From the NCBI GenBank assembly GCA_030141605.1, contig JAQGDQ010000043.1, forward strand, positions 248,001-312,000: DNA of 64,000 nt. Reading direction: 5' to 3'. Below, one piece after another: positions 11,261 through 59,700 of this stretch. The stretch is from Tubiluchus corallicola. Taxonomy: Eukaryota; Animalia; Priapulida. The notes below the pieces were generated by a model. The model had not been told where the DNA came from. It made no database searches and saw nothing but the letters and a program-made list of their open reading frames with translations. A program made the translations under genes and the position numbers. Every line of letters begins with the position of its first letter. Positions within the stretch are counted from its first letter, which is position 1.

Positions 11261-12454
11261 TATCATGTTGTAACAGTGTTATAATCACATCATTTGTCAA
11301 GGCAGTTATGTAGCTAAATTTATCTACTGAGCAGATCCTGGGTGCATTCAACTCTCTTTGCATTGTTCCTTAAAAAGATAGTTGCAAATGTAATGTACTT
11401 GTGTGTGTGTGTGTGCGTGTGTGTGTGTGCGTGCGTGCGTACGTGCGTGTAGGAAAAACGTCGTAATATAAATACAAATACTATATGTAAACTAAAAAAT
11501 AATGCATAATCAGTATCCAAGTTAAATCCCTATTCCAGACGACGCAAGGCTGTGTTCCTGCAGCAACGCTGTGCAAGATGAAGAACACGTCGTTACTGTT
11601 TGCGAATTAACAAAAGCGGTGAGGCAAAAATACAATCTAAATTCAAGTTATGCTCTGAAGTTTCGGAATATCAACCCTTTAACTTACGGAAATTTTTTTA
11701 ACCGATATTCTTAATTTATTTATGTAAGTGACAGTTAAGTTAGCGAAATTTTATCACTAAATTATTATCTGGTTATTAATACCTTTTTGGATGTTATTAT
11801 GTAAAAAATTACTGTCATTGCTGTTTATTTTGTGCTATACTTTAGCAAAATTTGTAAACTAATATTTGTTTCGTTTGTAATATTGGGAATTACACGTACC
11901 GTTGTTGTAAATGTACATGTAAAATTGTTGATCTTAATGACAATAAAAATGCTACTACACGTACTACAATGTAATAGTAATTATTGTGACAGGAAACTGG
12001 TGGGTTTCAATAGAAAATGCTTTGGTGTTATAGGCAAAGGAGACATACCTACATTTTATTTGAATCCTCCTAGTTATGATAGTTACACAGAGATATAAGT
12101 GAATACTATGTATAAATAATTCAGCGTTGCCTTTTTAGCCTTATAGAGACGCTTTTATTCAACAACTGTTACGCAAAGTAATTTATACGAGTGCTTAATT
12201 AATACTGTTAAGAGGAAACTTCTAAAACAACTGCGTGTTATACCTCAGCTTCTTCTGCTTCAGCTCACAACAGCCAATGGCAGTTAATTTTTACAAACTG
12301 TAAGCGAAATGCTATCACGCTGCATAAGTCGGCAGAATGGGGAGAGATGGGTTGGAGAAAAAGTGAGGGGAGTTGAAATAATATTGTGAGGTAGTGAGAT
12401 GACGCAAAATGACGACAGCTTTCTTATTTTCTCATTTTTAATTATTTTTCTCTC

Positions 12455-12532
12455 TACTCATCTTTCTCTCTCTCTCTGTTTCTCTCTCTCTCTCTCTCCC
12501 TCTCTGTCTGTCTCTGTTTCTCTCTCTCTCTC

Positions 12533-12567
<35 letters not shown>

Positions 12568-12605
12568 GTCTCTCTTTTTCTCTCTATCTCTCTCTCCCTC
12601 ACTCA
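12455..12605. repeat. (CT)n/(CTGT)n compound microsatellite
   Basis: Seen directly. Confidence 0.9.
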
Positions 12606-13283
12606 CTTCTTTTCTTTTGCTGCTGTCTCACGTACATAGACGATGCCTGAAAAATAATAAATACAAATGAAATAATTTCTATTTCTCTATCTCATAAGCC
12701 TACACCTACACCTGAATCAATTAGAATCTACCAGCTGTACTTGTGGTAAGATATAAATAGTGTCTTCACAGAAAGACAAATTATGCAGAATTTTTTGTCA
12801 AATCTATTAATGAGCCATTTATAATAAATCTACAGTAATTCACTTTTAAATTTTTTCCTTGTAGATATTGTAATTAAATTTACACATTGTGTTTTATACT
12901 AACAAAGATTTTATACTTGATGTCGTGCAGAACTAACACTATAATTATATCGTGTTAAAAGTTTTTATAGCAAAATGTATTGTGATATTATGTACGTTGA
13001 TTCCTTAAACAACATTGTAATGAATTTTGCCTGCAAATTGAGGAATAAAAGAATTATAAAAATTTTTTAAATACACTTCTCTGAGTCTCATCCCAGTCAA
13101 TATCCCAGACATTCATCAGTAAGCATGTCATCTCTACGCATGTCAACTGCTACTGCGTTTGGATATACTTAATATTGGTGCAAATAGATTTTTGTCGACT
13201 TTGTTTCGTCACCTGGTGCTTGCGGCTCGACAGGAATGAAGTAATAAATTACGACACGTTTTTATTAAACAAAGGTGATAACA

Positions 13284-41314
<28,031 letters not shown>

Positions 41315-42503
41315 CAAGATTATACGATACTTATTGCGCTAAATTCGTAAAAGTAAAGCTAGGTTGATTGATTGGTTGTGTCTTTGGCGGCTGTTGTGTT
41401 GTCTATTGTCAAGACTCTCTTCACACCTGCTTACGAAAGCGTATTAGTAAGTATTGGTTGTAACCAGAATTTTTATTATCGGATATCATGGCCCTAATAC
41501 GCTTTCGTACCTGCTACCAGGCTGGCGGATTACACCAAATGCGCCAAAAATTTATAAATTTTGGTTGTTCTTTCCGTGTTAGACTGAGTTAGTATTTACG
41601 TTGTTAGACTTTTGCATCATTCAGTTTGATCCAATGACTATAAAATAAACAAAAATGAACTGTATAGAGTACACATGTATAGGTTAATAGACAATACGGA
41701 AATATCACACAGCTGACTCCCCTGACTTTTCCTTTAAACACGAAATTAGACAGTTCTTGCCGACAGCTTGGCATTATTTACATTGTTACGAACATTACAA
41801 TACACACTCTTCCTACAACAAAAAAACAAAATTCAAAATTTTAGAAGATATTCAGATATCGCCTCAGGCCAAAAAGATAAACTTGTAAAGGCCTAAGCAG
41901 AAGGCAGAATGGAAATAAAAAATGTAGAATGTGTGAAATAAAATAAATAAGGAGAATGAAATACTAGGGTGATAGAAAGGATAAGGAAATGACAACAAAA
42001 GGTGACTATGGTGTTGATGACGAAATGAAGATTAGATTCACGTGAGAATGTAAACAAGAAGCAGATCAATCAACTGAGCCACATTCAAAGTATTGTATTG
42101 CCGTGCATTAAAAGGCATCTTATATGGGGTAGGCCTATTTAATTAATTAATTAATTAATGGAAAAATAATAAAATTAATAAATCAAAAAATCAAACGGTT
42201 GAAGTGAATTTTATTTTTGTGACAGAGCTTTGTGTTGTAATATACTACATGTCACGGTAACAACTAACAATAGCTTTTAGCTTGCTAACTGCTACAATGA
42301 GTTAAAAAATGTAAAAGCAACGTAAAACAAATAAAGGGTAATAAACCCGATGTTCTATCTATCTAGATGTCTGTGATGATTTTCGTTTAAGCAATAAACA
42401 ATACTATTTTTTGTTTCTTTCGCTGGGTAGCTGAAAGATGTCTAGTATCTCATTAGTCCTAATGCCAAAAGATAAACCTACAAAGATTTTGTTGTTTTAG
42501 CTA

Positions 42504-50359
<7,856 letters not shown>

Positions 50360-50707
50360 GCAGTGCACATTGTATCACTTCGCGCAGCACTGCTCCCACA
50401 TTACCACTTACTGATGTACGCCATACTTTGCTAGAAACAAAAGCCTAGTATAACAAATAATCATATCAATAACTTTAATCATTCTGTCAATTCAAGTTCG
50501 TGGCTGGTACTGTTTACATCTTGTTATGTAAATATTTATACAACCACTTTGCAGTAACCACCACAGAATAAGTGCCTTTTATACGACAAGACTTTTAACA
50601 CTTCAACAGATGCAATAAAACGCGTATATGATTACGGTAGTAAAGCACTTTCTTAATAGTGCGATTGGCTGACATTCCTGATAGCGATACAGCAAATATT
50701 TTTAAAC
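50360..50707. promoter_or_regulatory. Probable bidirectional promoter and 5'UTRs between the two SLC23 paralogs
   Basis: Divergent start codons at 50359 (minus) and 50708 (plus), about 350 bp apart. Confidence 0.55.
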
Positions 50708-53700
50708 ATGGAGGATTCAGTTCTTGAAAACAAAATTATTAACAAGGTAATTTTTTTATTTTCTTATAAAAAGTATTTTTACCGAAACGTTAATACCCGA
50801 GTATAGCTTATTTGCTTAGTTATCCAGTCTTGGTTTTGATGTCTTCCAGTGTGGTGTCGGTACGTGTTTGCGAAAATGATGTCCTTTGACAAGCTTGTAG
50901 TTTTGAATAATTAAATTTAGTAAAACTACAAATCAATAGAGCGTTTTCTTTCCCCCCTTTCCCTTTTACATATTCTTTCTTTTCTTTTCTTTTCCCTCTT
51001 CCATTATGTTTTACTTTTTATTTTTTCCATTGTTTTTTATCTAGTTTCTTCACCTCCTTTCCTTTCTATTACTTTTCTTTTCTGTCACTCTTTCCTTCCT
51101 TTTCATCTCGCATTACATGTGGAAGATTTTATACTTCTTTTTACTTTCATGCTATTGCTGTTTTCCCTACCCTGTTTTGCCTTGCCTTGCCCTGTCCTGC
51201 CCTGCGATTTTCTTTACTTTGTATGTATTATAAAACTCCAGGAAGAAAAAATTTGAGTGATTCTTGTTATACTTCTTTACTACGTAGACTAAAATTAAAT
51301 CTTGCATTATGAAAATTTAACATAAATTCAGGTTTATGCCACCGCCATTAATTGTAATAAAGAAGAACTAATGCAGTTGGAAGTAATAGAAAGAACGGAT
51401 CACGATACTAAGGCAAGGCATAAACTTCCAGACCTTTTGTTTAGATTAGACGACTCTCCGCCATGGCATCTGAACCTGTTACTGGCACTGCAGGTTAGTG
51501 ACAGGGCTAATTTATCGCTCATTTAGCATTAAAGATAATTAATGATCTCAAATTAATGTATAAATTTACAGTACTGTTGTTTACCTGTAAAGATACCAGG
51601 GATTATAACACATATGACCACATATATTTGCCTCAAGCTATTTGGATTACTTGGACATAAGTTTCTAGAGAACTGAAAATTATGCTCCAGGATTATCCAC
51701 CTAGACATTGTAACAGTTACTGATAGAACTATACCGCAATTAATTAAATTTTGATGCCAGATTTGAAAAATAGGAAGTGTGAAAAAGTTGGGATGCTATC
51801 TGTATTTGAACTATGGACGTTCTGTTTACAAGACAGAACGTCTTAAACCACTCCCACGTTGTATCTCCCAGTGGTCGAGGCAGTTCAAACTTTATCCTTG
51901 TAACTGGCCAACCGAATTCAGCATTTTTAAATATGATTTTAAATAATTAATTAATTAATTTCATTTTAAATAATTTTAAGCATGAAATTTTTGTCGGCAA
52001 TTAATTAATTATTATAATCTTAATGTCGAAATTATTATTAATGACGGAACAAACCTACATTTAATTAAATTTTGATTCCAAAATTAAATTAAATTTATTC
52101 TTTGTTCGTTCCATAATTAATAATAATCTTGTCGTTAAGATTATTAAAATTAGTTGTAACAGTTACATTATATCATGGACTCAGGGCAACATTCAGGCAA
52201 TTTAAATGAAAACTTGAAGGGAAATATCGAACATGTTTTGTTGTGACTACATGACTGTCCTGGCTATAATTTTTCCAGCATTATGTAATTCTCTGTCCAA
52301 CCACACTGGTCATTCCAATAATGGTCTGCAACGCGATGTGTGTTCCAGCTGATGATCCAGCAAGAGGAATGATCAACTCTACAGTGCTTTTCTTATGCGG
52401 TATCACTACACTATTGCAGACCACAATAGGCACAAGGTAATGGATTTTACACCTGGGCTTTCTTGGCAACATCACGTACTTATATGCAGATTGTATTTGG
52501 ATGGGCTTTTGTTAATGCAAAGTGTTTACTATTCAGTTGTGATAACCCAGAAACGTACCCAACAAGTATTTCAACAATGTATCACCATACTCAGAGCTTC
52601 CTCAAGGACCGTAAAAATAACACTATTCACTTAAACACAGTGAAGTATTAGTTACGTGAATACAGATTAGTCTGGAAGTGATGCCTTGTCGTCACAGTAT
52701 TAATTTTCTACTAAACTAATTCTGTGCAAATATTCAATTGTTTGTAAAAATGTAGTACAAGTTTGGTAAGCTTTTGAAATGTTTCCAATTGACTATTAGC
52801 GCAGAATCTGTAGAATATATTAGATTATGATAGATTATAATAAATAATTAATTGTCCATTAAAATGTCATGCGAATAAGCTACCATTGTCAAATTTTGAA
52901 TTTGCAAAATTGTGATATATTTTATTGTCCCTGACGAAGTCCTGAGTGTAGGGTGAAAAACATGTAAGACGTTAATAAAGATATTTGATCAATGACACTG
53001 CACTAGTTGCTGCATTATCTTAATGGAGCCTGCCTTTCGATGACTGCATTTTTGATTCGTCACTGGCATGGATACTCCGTCTGGAGCTGCACGCAGAAAA
53101 TGTTTAAACGCCAGTTGTTCATTCTAGCAAATAGTACTTGATAAATGAAATTTTAACTACAAAGAAAAAAATCTTTGTTTGGCTTGTGAAAAAGCGCCTT
53201 GATTTTTCTGATAGGCCTAATCGTTGCAGACTCAGCAACAATGGATGTTATTGGATTTTATTGAGTTATTGCCCCATTTACTATTTAATAAATTTATAGA
53301 GGTGGCTGCGCTTCAACAGAACATTTTCAAAGACTCGATGAAATCGGCCCATTACAACAAGCAGCCTTAATTCAATCATTCGCAACAACTTGCTTGACGT
53401 TGAAAACCACAACAGAGCAGCCAGAATTGTGTTAGTCCATGTTGCAACAGCTCCATTGGCAATGACCACGATAATTCTGCAATATATTTTCAGACATTTA
53501 TAGTTAAAACAACATAACTTTATTATTAAAACATTTACTTAACTATAAATACTTTGTTTTAACTAGAAATGTTTTTAAGTGCCTGTACTAAATAATATTT
53601 TCAGACTTCCAATCATACAAGGAACGTCCATATCATTCCTGTCAGCTACTTTTGCAATATTGCAAACTCCAGCATTGAAGTGCCCGTCACAGGAGGAAAT

Positions 53701-56700
53701 AGATGTCATGGTCAATGTATCAAATGGTACATTTGATACAAATGAAATATGGAAAACAAGGGCAAGAGAGGTTTTTATTTTTTTCAATGCAATATTGACT
53801 GAGCATTCAGGCAATGTAGGCGAACAAACCACAAGTGCGAATTGTGCGCTTTTGCTGCAATCAAGTATCGATAGCTGAATCGCTGATAGCCGTATTTGCT
53901 TAAAACGAAATTGTATTTTTAACAAAATAGCTGTAAAAAGTCTTTGTAGATGATACATAGAATAATACTATACTGTAATAGTAATAAATCAGTACTATAC
54001 CATTAAAATTTCTAATTTTCAGTTGCAAGGTGCATTTATAATTGCCAGTGTTTTTGAAATACTGCTTGGAGTAAGCGGTGCAATGGCACTACTGCAAAGA
54101 TACCTTGGACCACTTACAATTGCTCCTGTGATCACACTCATTGGGCTTTCAGTGATTGACATTGTCTTCGAGGAATACTTGGCCAAGCACCTTGGTATAG
54201 GAATATTGTAAGGCAGCATTACTTTTTTAAATGTGAATATGGTACTTTTTGAAGTTATAGTGGGTAGCGTTTGCGAGGGGGATTTAGAATTCAGGAGCAA
54301 ATCGAGTATTTTGCCACAGTCTTACAAGTGTGTAGGAATTACAGATCTCATACATTTTTATATAGTTTGATTAATTAGGCTTTTAGTTTGTCTAGTTTTC
54401 TAGCTTGTATTTTTTTAAAAATTGAACACCTTTCTTTAAATTGGCTAATGTTGTTTTAGTTGAAATTAAAAGTAAATTAGTTAATTACATTGAAGCAAAA
54501 GGATTGTGCAGTCATAAGTGTAAGATATTACTTATATGTGATTGATTGTCGCCGTTGTTTTGTATTATGATTATAGAATATGCATAATTAACAAAATGCA
54601 GAGGTCACGTACCCGATAGAACACGATGATAACTCAGTCACAAACTGAAACATACTAGAAACCGACTCTAGACAACTTTCTAGACACGAATCATGTTGTA
54701 GAATGTTCGAGAAACTGTTGTCTGTGCTTTATTTATTTAAGTTTTGGAATGTGCTTCAATACCACCCACTGAGATAGTTTAGAAAATGTGTCTTGTATGG
54801 TTAAGCAGATATGAGTTTTCTTCAATATCCCCCACTTGATGGCATTATATAGTACTAAACAGTATATAAGATTCCTTCAATATTTCACTATTGGTGCCAT
54901 TGTACTGCTACACCAATAGATAAACTGTAGTTGAGGACAGGAGAGATGGTGCATTTGGTGCAGAGAAGAGGTGCCATCTGAAAATACTTGTGTAAAGAAG
55001 TAAACTGCATTACCAATAACAAAGCAAACGAACTGAGTCGTGGATTTAAGCATATAGATAAGCAAGTTTAATTTAAATGTCTCTTACGTATTTTGGACAA
55101 CTTCTTTGAATCTAAAAGTTACCACCGAGTTGTTTATCTTTTCAGAGCTTTGGCGCTCACTGTATTATTTTCCCAGTATCTGGAGAATGTGAAGATACCA
55201 TGCTTTACGTACAAAAAGAATCGTGGATGTATTCGATCAGATTTTGAATTTTTTCAACTTTTTTCGGTGCGTGTAATTATTACTGCATAACCTGATTAAT
55301 GACATGAAAAGTTATTATGTAGAGGCCACTGTAAACACAAGAAGATCCTAAACTTGGAATGCATGGGGAGGCATGATTAACCCTCTTCTATAATACTGCT
55401 TTTCAGAAATAAAAACAAATTCATATTGACAACTTTGATGGAAATTTTGGTATTGACAATCTTAAAAAAATAAGAATATAAATAATTAATTGAATTGTTA
55501 GCATTAACATTTCTAAATTGGCATTGTTTCCCATAAATAGATTATCACATCCATGGGGATCGTGTGGATACTGTGCGCAATATTGACGTCACTGGATAAG
55601 TTTGGTAAATCACCAGAAGAACATGGCTATTGGGCAAGAACCGATATAAGGTACAGCAGCATAACGGAAAGCCCTTGGTTTCGAGTGCCATATCCGGGTA
55701 AGATGACACGCTAAAAATTTGCCTAGCGTCATGCGCTATCCATATCTGCGGTACAGCTGCGTATAAAAATCAATAAGAAAAAGCTGCAGAAAAAAACGCA
55801 AAACGCAGGTCTGATAAATTATATAAACCGATGTTATTTATTCCGCATCCGCATACGCATCCGTATATGGATTCCAGTGTCTGAGATGGGATGAATTACA
55901 GAATAGTTGCGAGTAAGTGCTTTTACGACCAAAGTTACGATCAAACTCTGAACAGTTTCATTTGCTACACTGACTCTGGCTGTTTACCTTTTTGAGGCAG
56001 GGTGCACACTGCACACACATCTGAACTTGGCTAAGACACTTCTGTTAGTTCAGTGGATCCAGAGAGTATTAGCCACGATAATGATTCAGGCCCAGAATCG
56101 CCGCAAACAATATTGAGAAGGCACTGCGGTTGAATGCTAGATTGCAGCTTGAAGTATACTGAATTGTATGAATCATAATACAGTCAACCCTCGTTAAACC
56201 GGACTAATTGGGGGGTGGGGTGGGGTGGGGTTGCGGTCCGGTTTAGCCGATTGTCCGATATGCCTATATATAGTCTATATTACACAAGAATAATCACCTT
56301 AATAAGGCCTATATACATTGCACTATATACTGTGCACTATATACTATACTGTATATTACTTTAAAATAGTTAACCTGTGAAGATAAAGAAATTAGTGAGT
56401 GCTTTTGATGGGGTAAGCAAACTGAATTTTAACGGGAATCGTAGCAGCCTGGGCGGCACCGTGAGCCGCTTCGGCCCGTCAGTGGCTCGTGGTGAGTTGG
56501 TAGGCCGTGTTGTGTTTAGCACTCCGGTTCGGTCGGAAATTGGTCAGTTTCCTTTACCACGGATGACGTCCGTCTTATCCGATATCCGGGCTAACGGGGT
56601 CCGGTTTAACGAGGGTCGACTGTACAGTAATGATTCAACACAGCGCATAGCCTATTATCATGGAAAAGATGACCAAATATTTGTTGTTAGATCCTAGTAA

Positions 56701-59700
56701 TTGTTCAGTAGGGTTGTCTTATGGCTTTGGAAAAATGCCTACAAGATGCTATGACTCAATTATACTTTAATCAATAAAATGCGGTTTTATATTCAGAATA
56801 AAGTCTTTCCTCATAATAATTGCAGGACAGTGGGGTGCACCAACCTTTAGCATAGCCGCTGGTGTTGGCATGATGGCTGGTGTCGTGGCGTCTGTCTTGG
56901 AGTCTATTGGAGATTACTACGCATGCGCGAGGATATGCGAGGTGCCACCACCACCAAAACACGCAGTTAGCAGAGGGATTACTGTAGAAGGTTTTGGTGT
57001 CACCCTCTCCGGATTGTGGGGAGGATGTTTTGGAAACACTTCCTATTCGTCTCATATTGGAGTGATAGCTATTACAAAGGTAACATGGATGTGTTTGACG
57101 TCACACGCTTTTTACATTCATAATAATGATAATTATATGTACTGTGTAAAGTTGCTCAAAGAAGTGTTTCATTGCCTTCTGTTTTCGAAAAAAAAACTAT
57201 TGCGGAATGCAATCCATTGGGCCACTCGCACACACGCGCTCACGTACGGCATACGTACAAAGTGTTTGTAACACGTTCTCATGGCTGTGTTACTTCACAT
57301 TAAGCATGTAATAGAATTTATGAAGTGTCAGTTTAATAATGTGCAAGTATCTGCGACCACTTCACTATTGGCTTTACGCCAAATGTTAAGGCATGTTTCT
57401 TTTGCCAATAATTACGTTGCTAGCGCTCCAGTAGTCAGTTGGAAATCTAAACGACGTTGCCCGGCAAAACATTCCCTTAAAAAATTAGTGGAAACAGTAA
57501 AAATGTAGCTTCGTTAACTGGAATGAATTCTGCAGAAAAAATTATGATTATTCAAGAAATAAGTTTTTGCTATGGAAAAAACAAGGTTGTCCAAGATTTG
57601 GCCAGTTTTTGAGGAAATGAAAAGAGTCTGCTTCAGATTCAAGCTGGCATTCCGCTACTGTCGTAAACATGAACAAATGATAATATGTGACAATTCAGCT
57701 TGTAGCTTCTCTGAAGACTCCTTTTGGCGAAACATCAAAAGCATTATCAACAACTATATTTCCATATCAACAAATGTAGGCGATGCAAAAAGGGAACGCA
57801 ACATCTGTAACTTTTGGAGGACACATTCACGAGCTTCTAAATTCCACTCCGAGGAGGAATATATCAATCGCCCTTCAACACTTCTGCAACACGTCACTCT
57901 TCGACTGTCCCATACGCGTTCAATATTTCCTTTAATGACATTGAGGCGACCATTCCATCATTAAAACGGCATAAATCAAGCGATCCAGATAATTTATTGC
58001 TGAAACTGTCATATATGCCAGTCCAAGAATTCATGTATACTTAGCCATGTTATTCACGACAATGTTTAGCAATGCATATATCCTGAACATAATTAGTGAC
58101 ACTTATTACATTCCATTTGTAAATAACAAAAGACTAAACATTACTGATTGTAATAATTTCATACCAATAGACTAGTGTAGTACTGTTAGTAAGTTACTTG
58201 AACATGTGATATACGGAACATGTAAACACTTATTCAATAGGTCGGATAGCCAAAAACAGCAGTGGTACTCACTTGTGCATATTTGTATTGAAAGAGGTAA
58301 ATTCTAGCTTACCAACCTAAATATTTCTCCCGCATACTCACCTTCTATAGATGACAATAAAGCTTTCCATAGGGTTAGTTCCCGAACTCCCCGTAGCTAG
58401 AAAATCGGGGCCTCCGCCTGTGGTTGAATCACTTAAACAATGGTATATCACAAACAAAGTCAGAACAAAGTGGAGTAACCGGGTTTCTGAATTAATTAAT
58501 ATCACAATCGGCGTTCACCAAGGAGGCACATTGTCTGCTTATCTTTTTGCTATATACGTGGATGACCTAACAAACAACTTGTCTTATCTAAAATCTGGTA
58601 CAGGCAAATTGGGCAACCTTAGTGTAAATAATCTTTTATATGCTGATGACTTACGTATATTAGCTCCCTCTATACAGGCATTGCAAAGTATTTTAAATGT
58701 CTTTTCAAAGTTCCCTAGTAATCATGGCCTGATTTCTAATCAGCTAAAACGTACTGCTTACATACATCCGAATAATATGCGATATAATGCCCAGGGCTAC
58801 CTTTTGACGGTGTTGAAATCTGTGTTAAAAATAGTCGCAAAAATCTTGGTCATGTGCGTTCTAATGATTTTTCTGATGATTTAGACATAAACAACAGAGT
58901 CGTTTACTAGTCGCTACATTAATATGCTATTGCTAAAAAAATGTAAAAACAATGCTCTTTCGTTAATTCTGTAACGAAATATATTGTAATAACTTCTTAA
59001 GGGCTACTTTCATACGCAGTTTTGCCAAGATCCCACTTACAACACTGTTTTTTTCACAAGGGTCTTACATGTTGTAATTACGATACGCCTTGTTATACAA
59101 TAAGTGCAAAAAATAATGCTAAAACATTTTAAAGTACAGTTGTGTCACATTTAAGAATACCAGTCACTGAATTCGCATATTCCATAGCTAAATCATATAT
59201 GCTATTAAACTTTTTAAACACGATTTTATAGCAGAGTATTTAGGAATGGCCTGATTTACTGATGTAGTAATCGCTGGTTTTTAACTGATGCCTTGCAATT
59301 TTAAATTCGTATATATTTTTGTTTTATATTTTTTGAATATATCTGTCGCTGTTTTAATAGTTCATGCCATATAGTGTTTTTTAGTTTTTAGTCTAAATTT
59401 TAACTTTTATCTATTTTATTTGGGAAAAGAACTTTAAACAAAAAATAAATAATTAGAAAACTATTTACCGTTGTCAAGGAATCCATTTTTCGTAAAAAAA
59501 TAGGCTAGGAAGTATCTCTTTTGTGATAACACAATGTAAAATCTGGCTAAATACACTACCTAAATGAGACGGGCATCACGGCGAAATATCCTTTTTTACA
59601 AAGTTACTGCGCAAGCGAGTGAACAAAAGGCGAAATACTAACAAAGGCAACTTTCATAGCTTTCTAATATCTAAGCAAGCGATGCGATCACAGCAACACA

